Assembly: GCA_037142195.1 (NCBI GenBank)
Contig: JBAXBA010000001.1
Span: forward strand, 128,001 to 192,000
Reading direction: 5' to 3'
DNA from: Pseudomonadota bacterium
GTDB lineage: Bacteria > Bdellovibrionota_B > Oligoflexia > Oligoflexales > CAIMVM01
Length of the DNA stretch: 64,000 bases
Shown: in pieces, positions 19,586-28,276 of the stretch
How the letters are laid out: each line of letters opens with the position of its first letter
Position numbering within the stretch: the first letter of the stretch is position 1
Program-made: the position numbers and the translations under genes
The notes under the pieces: model-generated
What the model was told of the DNA's origin: nothing
Database searches by the model: none
Seen by the model: only the letters and a program-made list of their open reading frames with translations

Positions 19586-21064
19586 ATGTATCCTAAGCAG
19601 CTATCCTTACAGGAAATTCAAAAGCACTTTGAGTCCGTTGACCAGCTCCTGGTGTCGAGCCAGCTCCCACGAGGGGAATTCGTGAGCGGGGTAACCGTAG
19701 ATTCACGTGCTGTGAGACCTGGTTTTGCCTTTGTCGCGATTAAAGGTCATGCCCAAGATGGCCACAATTTTATAGAAGCCGCTTTAAAGTTGGGGGCCTC
19801 CCTTATCATTTGCGAACTCCCTCAAGATCCCTCAGTTCCTCATGTCTGTGTTTCCCATTCACGTCAAGCATGGGCCTATCTTGAGGACTTAAGATATGGA
19901 CATCCTGGGCGCGAACTCAAGGTTATCGGGGTTACGGGAACGAATGGGAAATCGTCGGCTGTTTGGATGATTTCGCACCTTTTAAACTCCCTCGGACAGA
20001 AAACCGCGATGATCGGCACCCTCGGGTCAAAACTAGCAGGTAGCCTCGAGCCTACCAGCCACACTACGCCCGATCCGGATCAACTCTTTAAGCTGCTGAG
20101 AGACGCTGTTTCCGGAGGAGCGAAATGTGTGGCCATGGAAGTTTCGAGCCACGCCCTCGCCCAAGGTAAGGTCTCTCCCTTGCGCTTTGCCGGCGCGATC
20201 TTTACAAGCTTTTCTCGGGATCATTTAGACTTTCACCCTAGCATGGAACACTACTTTGAAGCCAAGTGGGCTTTGTTCTCCCTCGTGCTGCCAGATGGCT
20301 TCAAACTCATGCACCAGGATATCGTCTATACAGCCCCTGTGAATAAGCTGCGTATAGACAATGCAAATATAGAATATTATGGACTTTCCTCCGGCCCCTA
20401 CGGCTTCTCCTATACACTTAACACCCTCACCTTTCACACGAAAGATTCTACTTTGAAGGCGGCTACACCTTATCTCGGCGCCCTTGCCAATACCAATCTC
20501 GTGGGATCTTTAATGGCCGTGATGCACGTTGCAGAAATTCCTTTGTCGGAAATCATGGCCCATGTGGCCTCACTTCCTCAGGTACCAGGTCGATTTGAAT
20601 TTGTAGGAAAGTCAAAATCTGGGGGCCTTGTTTACACGGACTATGCCCACACCCCAGACGCCATCCAGAAAGCAGCCCTTGCCATTAAGGATGCTTATCC
20701 TGGGAGGAAGCTTCGGATTCTATTTGGATGTGGGGGAGATCGAGACAGGGGAAAACGTCCTCTCATGGGCTCTGCTGCGGCTAAAGAATGTGAAGCGGTG
20801 TACTTAACTTCAGATAATCCCCGCTCTGAGGAACCCAAACAAATCATAGACGACATTTATAAAGGCTGCCTTGAGGTGTCTTTAGGTGCTGAGATTATCC
20901 TAGAAGTCGACCGCGAAGAGGCTATCAGAAAGGCAATTTCTTCGCTTAGTAACCTCTCGATTCTTGTTATAGCCGGAAAGGGTCACGAGACCTATCAAAT
21001 CATTAAGGATATAAAAATTCCTTTTGATGATCGCGAAGTCGCTAAGAAATATCTGAATACTTAA
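19586..21064 (+). CDS. murE: UDP-MurNAc-tripeptide synthetase MurE (meso-DAP type)
   Basis: DSR, GVTGTNGK, MEVSSH, DHLDFH, DYAHTPD, GDRD..KRPLMG, DNPR (DAP-specificity motif), AGKGHE. Confidence 0.96.
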   Translation: MYPKQLSLQEIQKHFESVDQLLVSSQLPRGEFVSGVTVDSRAVRPGFAFVAIKGHAQDGHNFIEAALKLGASLIICELPQDPSVPHVCVSHSRQAWAYLEDLRYGHPGRELKVIGVTGTNGKSSAVWMISHLLNSLGQKTAMIGTLGSKLAGSLEPTSHTTPDPDQLFKLLRDAVSGGAKCVAMEVSSHALAQGKVSPLRFAGAIFTSFSRDHLDFHPSMEHYFEAKWALFSLVLPDGFKLMHQDIVYTAPVNKLRIDNANIEYYGLSSGPYGFSYTLNTLTFHTKDSTLKAATPYLGALANTNLVGSLMAVMHVAEIPLSEIMAHVASLPQVPGRFEFVGKSKSGGLVYTDYAHTPDAIQKAALAIKDAYPGRKLRILFGCGGDRDRGKRPLMGSAAAKECEAVYLTSDNPRSEEPKQIIDDIYKGCLEVSLGAEIILEVDREEAIRKAISSLSNLSILVIAGKGHETYQIIKDIKIPFDDREVAKKYLNT

Positions 21065-21122
21065 ATAAATTTCCATCATTGTGATAAAATATAGAGACAA
21101 GTTTTAATAATCAGGGGGCTTT

Positions 21123-22196
21123 TTGTTATATCAACTTCTCATCAGTTATTCTGATTCCATCTCTGGGTTCAATGTTGTCAGGTACATAACATTTCGAGCC
21201 ATGCTTGCCCTTTTGACAGCCCTCGCTATCAGTTTTATATTTTCACCCTGGTTTATTCGCAAAATGAAAGTTCGTCAATATGGGCAAGTCATTCGAACCG
21301 ACGGCCCCCAGTCCCACTTTTCAAAAAAAGGGACGCCCACCATGGGTGGCGGACTGATCCTGTTTGCGACGATTTTACCCAGCTTAATGTGGATGGATTG
21401 GTCGAACACTTTTCTGTGGCTTATTCTCACGATTACGGCCTCTTATGGCGTTATCGGATTTATGGATGATTATTTAAAGATTTCTAAGAAAAACACCAAA
21501 GGTGTTAGTGGGAAACAAAAACTCTTTTGGCAATTTGCTGTAGGCTTTCTGGTTTGTTACTTTCATTATGAAATGAACCATAATGGGGTCGTGAATATTC
21601 CGTTTTTTAAAGGCAATGGCTTTGATCTAGGCCCTTGGTATGTTCCCTTTTCCGCCCTTGTTATTGTCGGTGCGTCCAACGCCGTAAATTTAACTGATGG
21701 ACTCGACGGACTTGCCATAGGTCCGGTCATGATCAATGCGGCGGTATTTGCTGTATTGGCCTATGTAGCAGGCCATGCCACCATTTCCGAGTACCTAAAA
21801 TACCACCGCGTCGTCGGAGCTGGAGAATTGTCTATTTTTGCTTGCTCTCTCCTGGGAGCGGGCCTCGGATTTCTTTGGTACAACACCTATCCTGCTCAAG
21901 TTTTTATGGGCGACGTAGGGAGCCTACCTCTTGGAGGTGCCCTAGGAGCTCTCGCCGTATTTACCCGTCACGAACTCTTGCTCGTTGTCGTGGGAGGAAT
22001 CTTTGTTTTAGAAGCTGTTTCTGTGATCACTCAGGTTGTCTCGTTTAAGCTCACGGGAAAACGAATTTTTAAAATGGCCCCCATTCACCATCATTTTGAA
22101 CTTAAGGGCTGGCCAGAACCCAAAGTTATAGTGAGATTTTGGATTATCTCCATAGTTCTTGGAATGGTCGCCCTGATTAATTTGAAGCTACGTTGA
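21123..22196 (+). CDS. mraY: Phospho-MurNAc-pentapeptide translocase MraY
   Basis: KKGTPTMGG, DDYLK, SNAVNLTDGLDGLA, FMGDVGS, MAPIHHHFE. Confidence 0.98.
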   Translation: MLYQLLISYSDSISGFNVVRYITFRAMLALLTALAISFIFSPWFIRKMKVRQYGQVIRTDGPQSHFSKKGTPTMGGGLILFATILPSLMWMDWSNTFLWLILTITASYGVIGFMDDYLKISKKNTKGVSGKQKLFWQFAVGFLVCYFHYEMNHNGVVNIPFFKGNGFDLGPWYVPFSALVIVGASNAVNLTDGLDGLAIGPVMINAAVFAVLAYVAGHATISEYLKYHRVVGAGELSIFACSLLGAGLGFLWYNTYPAQVFMGDVGSLPLGGALGALAVFTRHELLLVVVGGIFVLEAVSVITQVVSFKLTGKRIFKMAPIHHHFELKGWPEPKVIVRFWIISIVLGMVALINLKLR

Positions 22197-22282
22197 GTAG
22201 ATCTAGTACTTGGTGCCCATGTTTTTGAGAGAGAAGCCTAAGGAGAAGTCCGCTATCGGATGCAGCCAAGTAGGGGGTTCGT

Positions 22283-23551
22283 GTGACATATCTGGTCGTA
22301 GGCATGGGAAAATCAGGGACCTCTGCGGTTCGCCTTTTAAAGTCCAGGGGCCATAAGGTTCATGCCTTTGATGATCTAAAATCCTCTATGCCCGATGACT
22401 TGTCAGATGTGCCTCTCTTTACCAAAGAACTTTCTGGCTTTTCCTATGAGGGACTCGTAGCAAGTCCAGGACTACCTCATGGACACTGGGTTCTTAATCA
22501 AGCCCGTGAAAAGCGCATCCCGATCCTTTCAGAATTGGATCTTGCCCTCAAAGGCTATCAGGGGAAGGTCGTTGCTGTTACTGGAACCAATGGCAAGTCC
22601 ACAACCTCTTCTCTTGTCTATCACCTGCTTCGTCAAGTTGGAAAACAGGTCGCCTTTGGGGGAAATATTGGAACGGCACTTTCTGAACTCGCGCTTTCTG
22701 GCCTTCCTGACCATTTGGTTTTGGAGATTTCCTCCTATCAGGCCCAAGGATCCTTTCTGATTGCACCTTCGGTCACTGTCTTTTGCAACTTTTCTCCTGA
22801 CCATTTAGACATGCACGGAACCCTAGAAGAGTATTTTAGAGCTAAAATGTGCCTCGTCGATCAAACCCTTCCGGGTGGGCACTTCATTACAGAATCTCAT
22901 GTACTTGAATTGATGAAGTCTCAGGGCTGTCTTTGCCCTAAAAACACGTCTCTTTCCGATCAACTTGAAAAGTCTTTTAATGAAAGAATCGCTTCTTTTT
23001 CTCACCTAAAAGAGCCCCACAACGTCAAGAATGCCGTTCAGGCGATCCTTGCTGTGGCTGCTCTTTTGAATCGAAAGCCCGACGATTTGATTCCCTATCT
23101 CAGCTCGTTTGTCGGCCTTGAGCATCGCTGCGAGCGAGTAGGAAATGTGGGACCAACGCGAGTCATTAATGACTCTAAGTCAACGAATGTGAACTCGACC
23201 CTCACGGCCCTTACCGCCTATACAGGGCGCATTTTGCTTTTAATCGGCGGGAGACCCAAAAAAGAGTCCATGGCCTCCATCCTCGATCACAGGCATAAAA
23301 TTGCTCGGATCATTACTTTTGGCGAAGCTTCCGAGCAAGTAAAAAGAGAGCTCTCTGAAATTCCTGTCTTTGAGCTCTCTCATATGGAAGACCTCCCTGA
23401 CTTTCTGGCTCGACACCCTTTAAATGAAGACGTTCTTCTTCTATCTCCAGCCTGCGCTTCATTTGATCAGTTCAAAAACTTTGAAGAGCGCGGACAAAGG
23501 TTTAAAATAATAGTGCAAAGGTTGCCTGGTTTTATACCCATTTCAGGCTAG
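22283..23551 (+). CDS. murD: UDP-MurNAc-L-Ala:D-Glu ligase MurD
   Basis: GMGKSG, SPG, TGTNGKSTT, GNIG, LEISSYQ, DHLD.H, NDSKSTN, LSPACASFDQF.NFEERG. Confidence 0.96.
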   Translation: MTYLVVGMGKSGTSAVRLLKSRGHKVHAFDDLKSSMPDDLSDVPLFTKELSGFSYEGLVASPGLPHGHWVLNQAREKRIPILSELDLALKGYQGKVVAVTGTNGKSTTSSLVYHLLRQVGKQVAFGGNIGTALSELALSGLPDHLVLEISSYQAQGSFLIAPSVTVFCNFSPDHLDMHGTLEEYFRAKMCLVDQTLPGGHFITESHVLELMKSQGCLCPKNTSLSDQLEKSFNERIASFSHLKEPHNVKNAVQAILAVAALLNRKPDDLIPYLSSFVGLEHRCERVGNVGPTRVINDSKSTNVNSTLTALTAYTGRILLLIGGRPKKESMASILDHRHKIARIITFGEASEQVKRELSEIPVFELSHMEDLPDFLARHPLNEDVLLLSPACASFDQFKNFEERGQRFKIIVQRLPGFIPISG

Positions 23552-23598
23552 ATAACGCAACTTCTATATCCGTTTCGAAGCCGTAGCAAAGGTACCCC

Positions 23599-24711
23599 AT
23601 GGAAAGAAGAGAATATTGTGCCAAAATTGAGTCCGGTCTCCTGCTGGGATCCTTTCTCTTAGTGGCGATTGGGCTTGTTGCTATTTATGCGGCTAGCGCC
23701 ATGAAAGGCCTACAGTCAAACGATGATCCGTTTCTATTTGTGAGAAAGCAAGGACTAGTGGCTATTGCGGGATTTGTCGCTATCTTTTTTTTTACTAAGA
23801 TAAATCCTAAATTCCTTGAAAAAGCCCCCCTTCCCGTTGCCTTTATCGGCCTCACTTTACTCGCCATGATCTTAGTGCCCGGCGCTTATAATAAAGTGGG
23901 TGGTGCTTCCAGATGGCTCAATCTGCCTTTTTTCAGAATCCAGCCTGCTGAATTGGCTAAGCTTGCCGTAGTCCTTTTTTTAGCTAAGAATCTTACTCGA
24001 GCATCTTCGCGTCTGGATGATATTAAATCGAGCGTGATACCCAATATTCTCGTAGTGGGTCTTTTTGCTGGTTTTCTTATGCTTCAACCGGACTTTGGTT
24101 CCACGGTACTTATCGTCAGCATTATGTTTGTCATGTTGATCATTGCTGGGCTTCCCAAGATTTTAATTGCCAGCTCTTTAATCGGTACTCTAAGTCTCGG
24201 TGCTCTTGCCGTAGCTACTGCGCCTTATAGAATGAAACGAGTTCTAGCATTCATGGACCCATGGTCCCAGATTAAACACGGTGGCTTTCAGATTATCCAA
24301 AGCTATTTGGCCTTTCAAAATGGCGGACTTTTAGGAACGGGCCTAGGGGAATCCAAGCAAAAGCTTTTCTTCCTACCAGAAGCCCACACAGATTTTATTC
24401 TTTCTGTGATCGGTGAAGAATTAGGTGTTTTTGGGGTGCTTCTCGTGATAGGTCTATTTTGCTATTTGTCTTGGCTCGGTTTTAAAGTAGCGAAGAGTCA
24501 ATCCAATCCTTTTTTTAAACACACAGCCTGTGGACTGAGTTTGCTCATTGCTTTTCAATCGATATTTAATATTTTTGTCGTTATGGGACTTCTTCCCACC
24601 AAAGGCATTCCTTTACCATTTGTTAGCAATGGATCCAGCTCTTTGTTTACTTTTCTTGTGGCAACTGGCATTTTAGTAGCGATCAACCGAGACGCCGCTA
24701 GGCAGACATGA
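23599..24711 (+). CDS. ftsW: SEDS peptidoglycan polymerase FtsW
   Basis: GASRW, QPAELAKL, QPDFGS, LPEAHTDFI...GEE.G, PTKGIPLPFVS.G. Confidence 0.96.
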   Translation: MERREYCAKIESGLLLGSFLLVAIGLVAIYAASAMKGLQSNDDPFLFVRKQGLVAIAGFVAIFFFTKINPKFLEKAPLPVAFIGLTLLAMILVPGAYNKVGGASRWLNLPFFRIQPAELAKLAVVLFLAKNLTRASSRLDDIKSSVIPNILVVGLFAGFLMLQPDFGSTVLIVSIMFVMLIIAGLPKILIASSLIGTLSLGALAVATAPYRMKRVLAFMDPWSQIKHGGFQIIQSYLAFQNGGLLGTGLGESKQKLFFLPEAHTDFILSVIGEELGVFGVLLVIGLFCYLSWLGFKVAKSQSNPFFKHTACGLSLLIAFQSIFNIFVVMGLLPTKGIPLPFVSNGSSSLFTFLVATGILVAINRDAARQT

Positions 24712-26066
24712 AGAATTTTAGTTCGTTACATTTTGTCGGAGTTTCTGGTTCGGGCATGTCCCCTTTAGCGGAGGCTATGTTTCACCTCGGCACCAAGGTT
24801 ACTGGCTATGACCGTGAAATGTCAGACTATGGGCAGGCTCTTGTCCATCTAGGTATACCCATTTCTAGTGCCCCCCAATTTGATTTCGGCTCCCCTGAGG
24901 GGGTTGTGATTTCCAGTGCCATTGCCCCGGATCACCCCCAAGTGCAACTCGCTCAAAGCCGCGGAATTCAAATTTTTCACCGTTCTGACATTCTTGCCAA
25001 CATTTTGAATCAGCGTAAATCCATAGCGGTGGCAGGAACCCATGGCAAAACTTCTACAACCGGCATGATTGCCCATATGCTCTCCAAGATGGGATTGGAT
25101 CCGCTTGCCATTGTTGGTGGCAAAATGATTGAGTTTGGCTCTTCACTCTTATTTGGACGCGGGATATGTGTCGCAGAGGCCGACGAGTCCGATGGAACTT
25201 TCTTGAAATATCGCCCCACCCTTTCTGTGGTTACCAATATTGAACCGGATCATATGAATTATTGGAAAACAGAAGAGCTTTTAAAAGATGGTTTTCGTTC
25301 TTTTGTCAAAGGATCTTCGCCGGACTATCCCTGCATTCTGGGTTGGGATTCCCCTTTCGTGCGAGATATTTCCCAAAACTTAGAGCATGATTTTTTAGGC
25401 TTTGGATTTCAGTTGGGCTGCCACATTCGCGCTTTGAATTGCGTACCTCTTGGAACAGGGTCTCAGTTTGATGTCATGATTCAAAAAGAGCGCTTAAAAG
25501 TCGAAATCCCTCTCCCGGGTCGTCACAACATCCAAAACGCTCTTGCTGCGCTTTCCGTCGCTCATGTTCTTAAAGCCCCCATGGAGCAAGCGGTGTCGGC
25601 GCTCGGATCCTTTAAAGGAGTGCATCGTCGGTTTGAACTCGTCTTTAGTTCTCCCCAAGTTTCCGTATTTAGCGACTATGCTCATAATCCTGGAAAAATT
25701 GAAGCGGCATGTTCTGTGTTAAGAGACTATTTCCCCCTCCACCGAAAAATAGTTGTCTTTGAGCCTCACCGATATACAAGGGTTCACTCTTTGCTTCAGG
25801 GATTTATAAGGGCTTTTTCAAGTGTGGATCTAGTCCTAGTAACTCCTGTCTACCCCTCTGGCGAGATGCCCCTAGAAGGCCTCAACGAAGCAAGTCTGGC
25901 CGCCGACATTGCGAAGGAGTCTCGCGTAAAAGCTCTCCCTGTTTCCAATCCTGAGCAGTTAATTCTTGAGGCCACTCGCCAAAGTGACAAAAAAGATGTT
26001 ATTCTTTTCCTAAGTGCGGGAGATGTCACTAAGCTCATGGAACCTTTTTTGAGGTCACTTGATTGA
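24708..26066 (+). CDS. murC: UDP-MurNAc:L-Ala ligase MurC
   Basis: HFVGVSGSGMS.LA, AGTHGKTSTT, EADESDGTF, TNIEPDH, DYAHNP, FEPHRYTR. Confidence 0.95.
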   Translation: MKNFSSLHFVGVSGSGMSPLAEAMFHLGTKVTGYDREMSDYGQALVHLGIPISSAPQFDFGSPEGVVISSAIAPDHPQVQLAQSRGIQIFHRSDILANILNQRKSIAVAGTHGKTSTTGMIAHMLSKMGLDPLAIVGGKMIEFGSSLLFGRGICVAEADESDGTFLKYRPTLSVVTNIEPDHMNYWKTEELLKDGFRSFVKGSSPDYPCILGWDSPFVRDISQNLEHDFLGFGFQLGCHIRALNCVPLGTGSQFDVMIQKERLKVEIPLPGRHNIQNALAALSVAHVLKAPMEQAVSALGSFKGVHRRFELVFSSPQVSVFSDYAHNPGKIEAACSVLRDYFPLHRKIVVFEPHRYTRVHSLLQGFIRAFSSVDLVLVTPVYPSGEMPLEGLNEASLAADIAKESRVKALPVSNPEQLILEATRQSDKKDVILFLSAGDVTKLMEPFLRSLD

Positions 26067-26911
26067 TTTTTAAACGAAAGCAAGGAAGCTCCGTTCTAAA
26101 GGGGCAAAAACCAGTTCGGCGCGGGTCAGAGGTTAAGACTCGCAAAGAATATTGGCTTTACATGGCTTTTGCCGGAATTTTAGGGTCGTGGATTTTACTC
26201 ATTTCTATAAAAGGTTTTATCGCTCCTGTCATACGCAATGGTCTCTTTGAGATGAGCAAGCCTGAAATGCCTATCGAGTTTCAAGTAGATGCCAAAGACA
26301 TGAGTCCTGAACGAGAGGCTTTGGTTAAGTCTATGCTTTCCAAACACATCCTATCTGGTTCGCGATATGAGCTTCATGAGGCTGGAGAGAATTTGGCTCG
26401 CACGTTTCCTTTAAAGTCGGTCCACCTACTTAGAACGTCTAAGACGGGAGTTTTAGCAAAAATTGAAGCCCATAAGGCCATGGTTCGCATTCCTGAAATT
26501 CAGGACGCCTTCGCCACCAAGGATGGTCTGGTCTTTGTGGACAGCGAGTCCAGGGCGATAAATAGTGCCCTTCCTGCCTTATCGGGAGCTGTCGAAAGTC
26601 GCTCTAATTTAGAAAAAAGGAGCGGTTCTGAGGTTTTAATTTCAGAAACGGAGCGACAGGGCGTGTTGGAAACAGCTCTTTTGCTCACTACCCTTCAGGA
26701 AGTTAATGTGCCTGTTAAGGCTGTATCCTGGGATGGATACCGAGGTCTTTCCTTCGAGGTAAATGAGGAAACAAAGGTTGTCATCGGCATGGCGCCATTT
26801 AAAGACAAGTTGAAGCCACTTCTTAAGCTCATAGAAGAGGGTAAAATGAGCGGCTATAGACATATAGAGTTAGATTTTAATGGAAAAATATTTGCAAAGA
26901 GAAAGGTCTGA
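26063..26911 (+). CDS. ftsQ: Divergent FtsQ/DivIB-like cell division protein
   Basis: Basic N-tail, one TM helix, periplasmic domain ending HIELDF..KIF (FtsQ-like C-terminal strand); directly upstream of ftsA. Confidence 0.6.
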   Translation: MIFKRKQGSSVLKGQKPVRRGSEVKTRKEYWLYMAFAGILGSWILLISIKGFIAPVIRNGLFEMSKPEMPIEFQVDAKDMSPEREALVKSMLSKHILSGSRYELHEAGENLARTFPLKSVHLLRTSKTGVLAKIEAHKAMVRIPEIQDAFATKDGLVFVDSESRAINSALPALSGAVESRSNLEKRSGSEVLISETERQGVLETALLLTTLQEVNVPVKAVSWDGYRGLSFEVNEETKVVIGMAPFKDKLKPLLKLIEEGKMSGYRHIELDFNGKIFAKRKV

Positions 26912-26916
26912 GTCTG

Positions 26917-28158
26917 ATGGTTCACTCAAATAACATTTTTGCTCTCGACCTTGGCACGACTAAATTCTGTCTGCTCTGGCTAGCGCTTGATAGCAATAAG
27001 ACGACCCCCGTCATTCGTAGACTATCCGTTCCCAGCTGTGGCATGAAGCGCGGCATGGTGTCAGACATTTTTGCGGCCACCGAGGCCCTACAAGGGCTTG
27101 TGGATCGAGCCGAAGAAGAATTTGGGGTTGACGTAAGATCCGTCTACACAGGAATTGCTGGCTCTCACCTAAAAAGTACCATTGGTCGCGCTAAGATCGA
27201 CTTGGGAGGGCACCGGGTAAATGAGGAATTCCGTTCTCAAGTGGTCGGGCTTTGCGTGGCAAATCGCGGGGCACAAAGCGGAGAAGTTCTTCACAACATT
27301 CCCCTGTCTTTTCAGATTGATGCCCGTGAGACCGTGGAAAACCCGGATGGCTTTGCCGGAGATATGCTCTCTGCGGAAACCTTTATTATTGAAGCAGATC
27401 GAAACTATGTAAAAGATGTGATCAAACTTTGCAACAATTCAGGTCTGCAAGTTGCGGGACTCTATGCGGAGCCCTACGCCTCAGCTATCGTAACTGTGCC
27501 CGTGATTTACCGCGAAAACGGCGTCCTTATCGCTGACATTGGCGGTGGTACTACTGACGGAATTATCTTTCGTCACGGCAAGCCTGTTAAGCTATTTACC
27601 ATTAATATTGGCGGTAAGCTTTTAACCGCTGATTTAGCGCAGGGGTTGAGGGTTTCGGAAACGACCGCTGAGTCAATAAAGTGTTTAGTGGGGCTTAGTG
27701 GAAAAGATGTTGATCAAAATATTCCTGACCTCGACGGGAATATGATGCCTCTTCCTAGTGCCCGGGCACAGAAGATTTTGGCTGCCCGCACCAAAGAGCT
27801 CTTTGAGCTCATTAAGCAAGATACGGGTGTCTTTTTTTCACTTGCTAAGTCTGGGGTTATTTTTACCGGTGGAGGATGTGCCATGGTAGGCATCGTATCT
27901 TTTGCCCGTGATTTCTTTCAAAGCGCTGTAAAGACTGCAGAAGCCGAAATTCCAGCTTCCGCTCTTAAGGTTCCTGACTCTGCGGATCAAGCCAGTCGCC
28001 CCGAAGAACGCGTAAGAATGGCCTCTCCCTATGCTACAGCATGTGGAATTCTCTATTTAGCTGTAGCCCAAGAGATTCAAAGCTTAAAAAGGCCAGGTTT
28101 GTTTCAATCTCGCAAGTATCTAAAAGCGATTGTAAATTGGATAAAAGAACTCACTTAA
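26917..28158 (+). CDS. ftsA: Cell division protein FtsA
   Basis: ALDLGTTK, G.K.G.V, DIGGGTTD, TGGG, YATACG, C-terminal amphipathic helix KYLKAIVNWIKEL. Confidence 0.93.
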   Translation: MVHSNNIFALDLGTTKFCLLWLALDSNKTTPVIRRLSVPSCGMKRGMVSDIFAATEALQGLVDRAEEEFGVDVRSVYTGIAGSHLKSTIGRAKIDLGGHRVNEEFRSQVVGLCVANRGAQSGEVLHNIPLSFQIDARETVENPDGFAGDMLSAETFIIEADRNYVKDVIKLCNNSGLQVAGLYAEPYASAIVTVPVIYRENGVLIADIGGGTTDGIIFRHGKPVKLFTINIGGKLLTADLAQGLRVSETTAESIKCLVGLSGKDVDQNIPDLDGNMMPLPSARAQKILAARTKELFELIKQDTGVFFSLAKSGVIFTGGGCAMVGIVSFARDFFQSAVKTAEAEIPASALKVPDSADQASRPEERVRMASPYATACGILYLAVAQEIQSLKRPGLFQSRKYLKAIVNWIKELT

Positions 28159-28201
28159 ACCCCAATATTTCGCTACGTTATTGCTTTGATTTTGAGTCCA
28201 A

Positions 28202-28256
28202 GTCAAACTTTTGACTAGTCATATGTTTGACACATGAAAACATCCAAACGTATAAT
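28202..28256 (+). promoter_or_regulatory. Sigma-70-type promoter for ftsZ with overlapping palindromic sites
   Basis: TTGACA (28227-28232), 18-bp spacer, TATAAT (28251-28256); GTCA-N6-TGAC at 28202-28215 and 28218-28231. Confidence 0.75.
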
Positions 28257-28276
28257 TTTTATAGAACAACAAAAGC

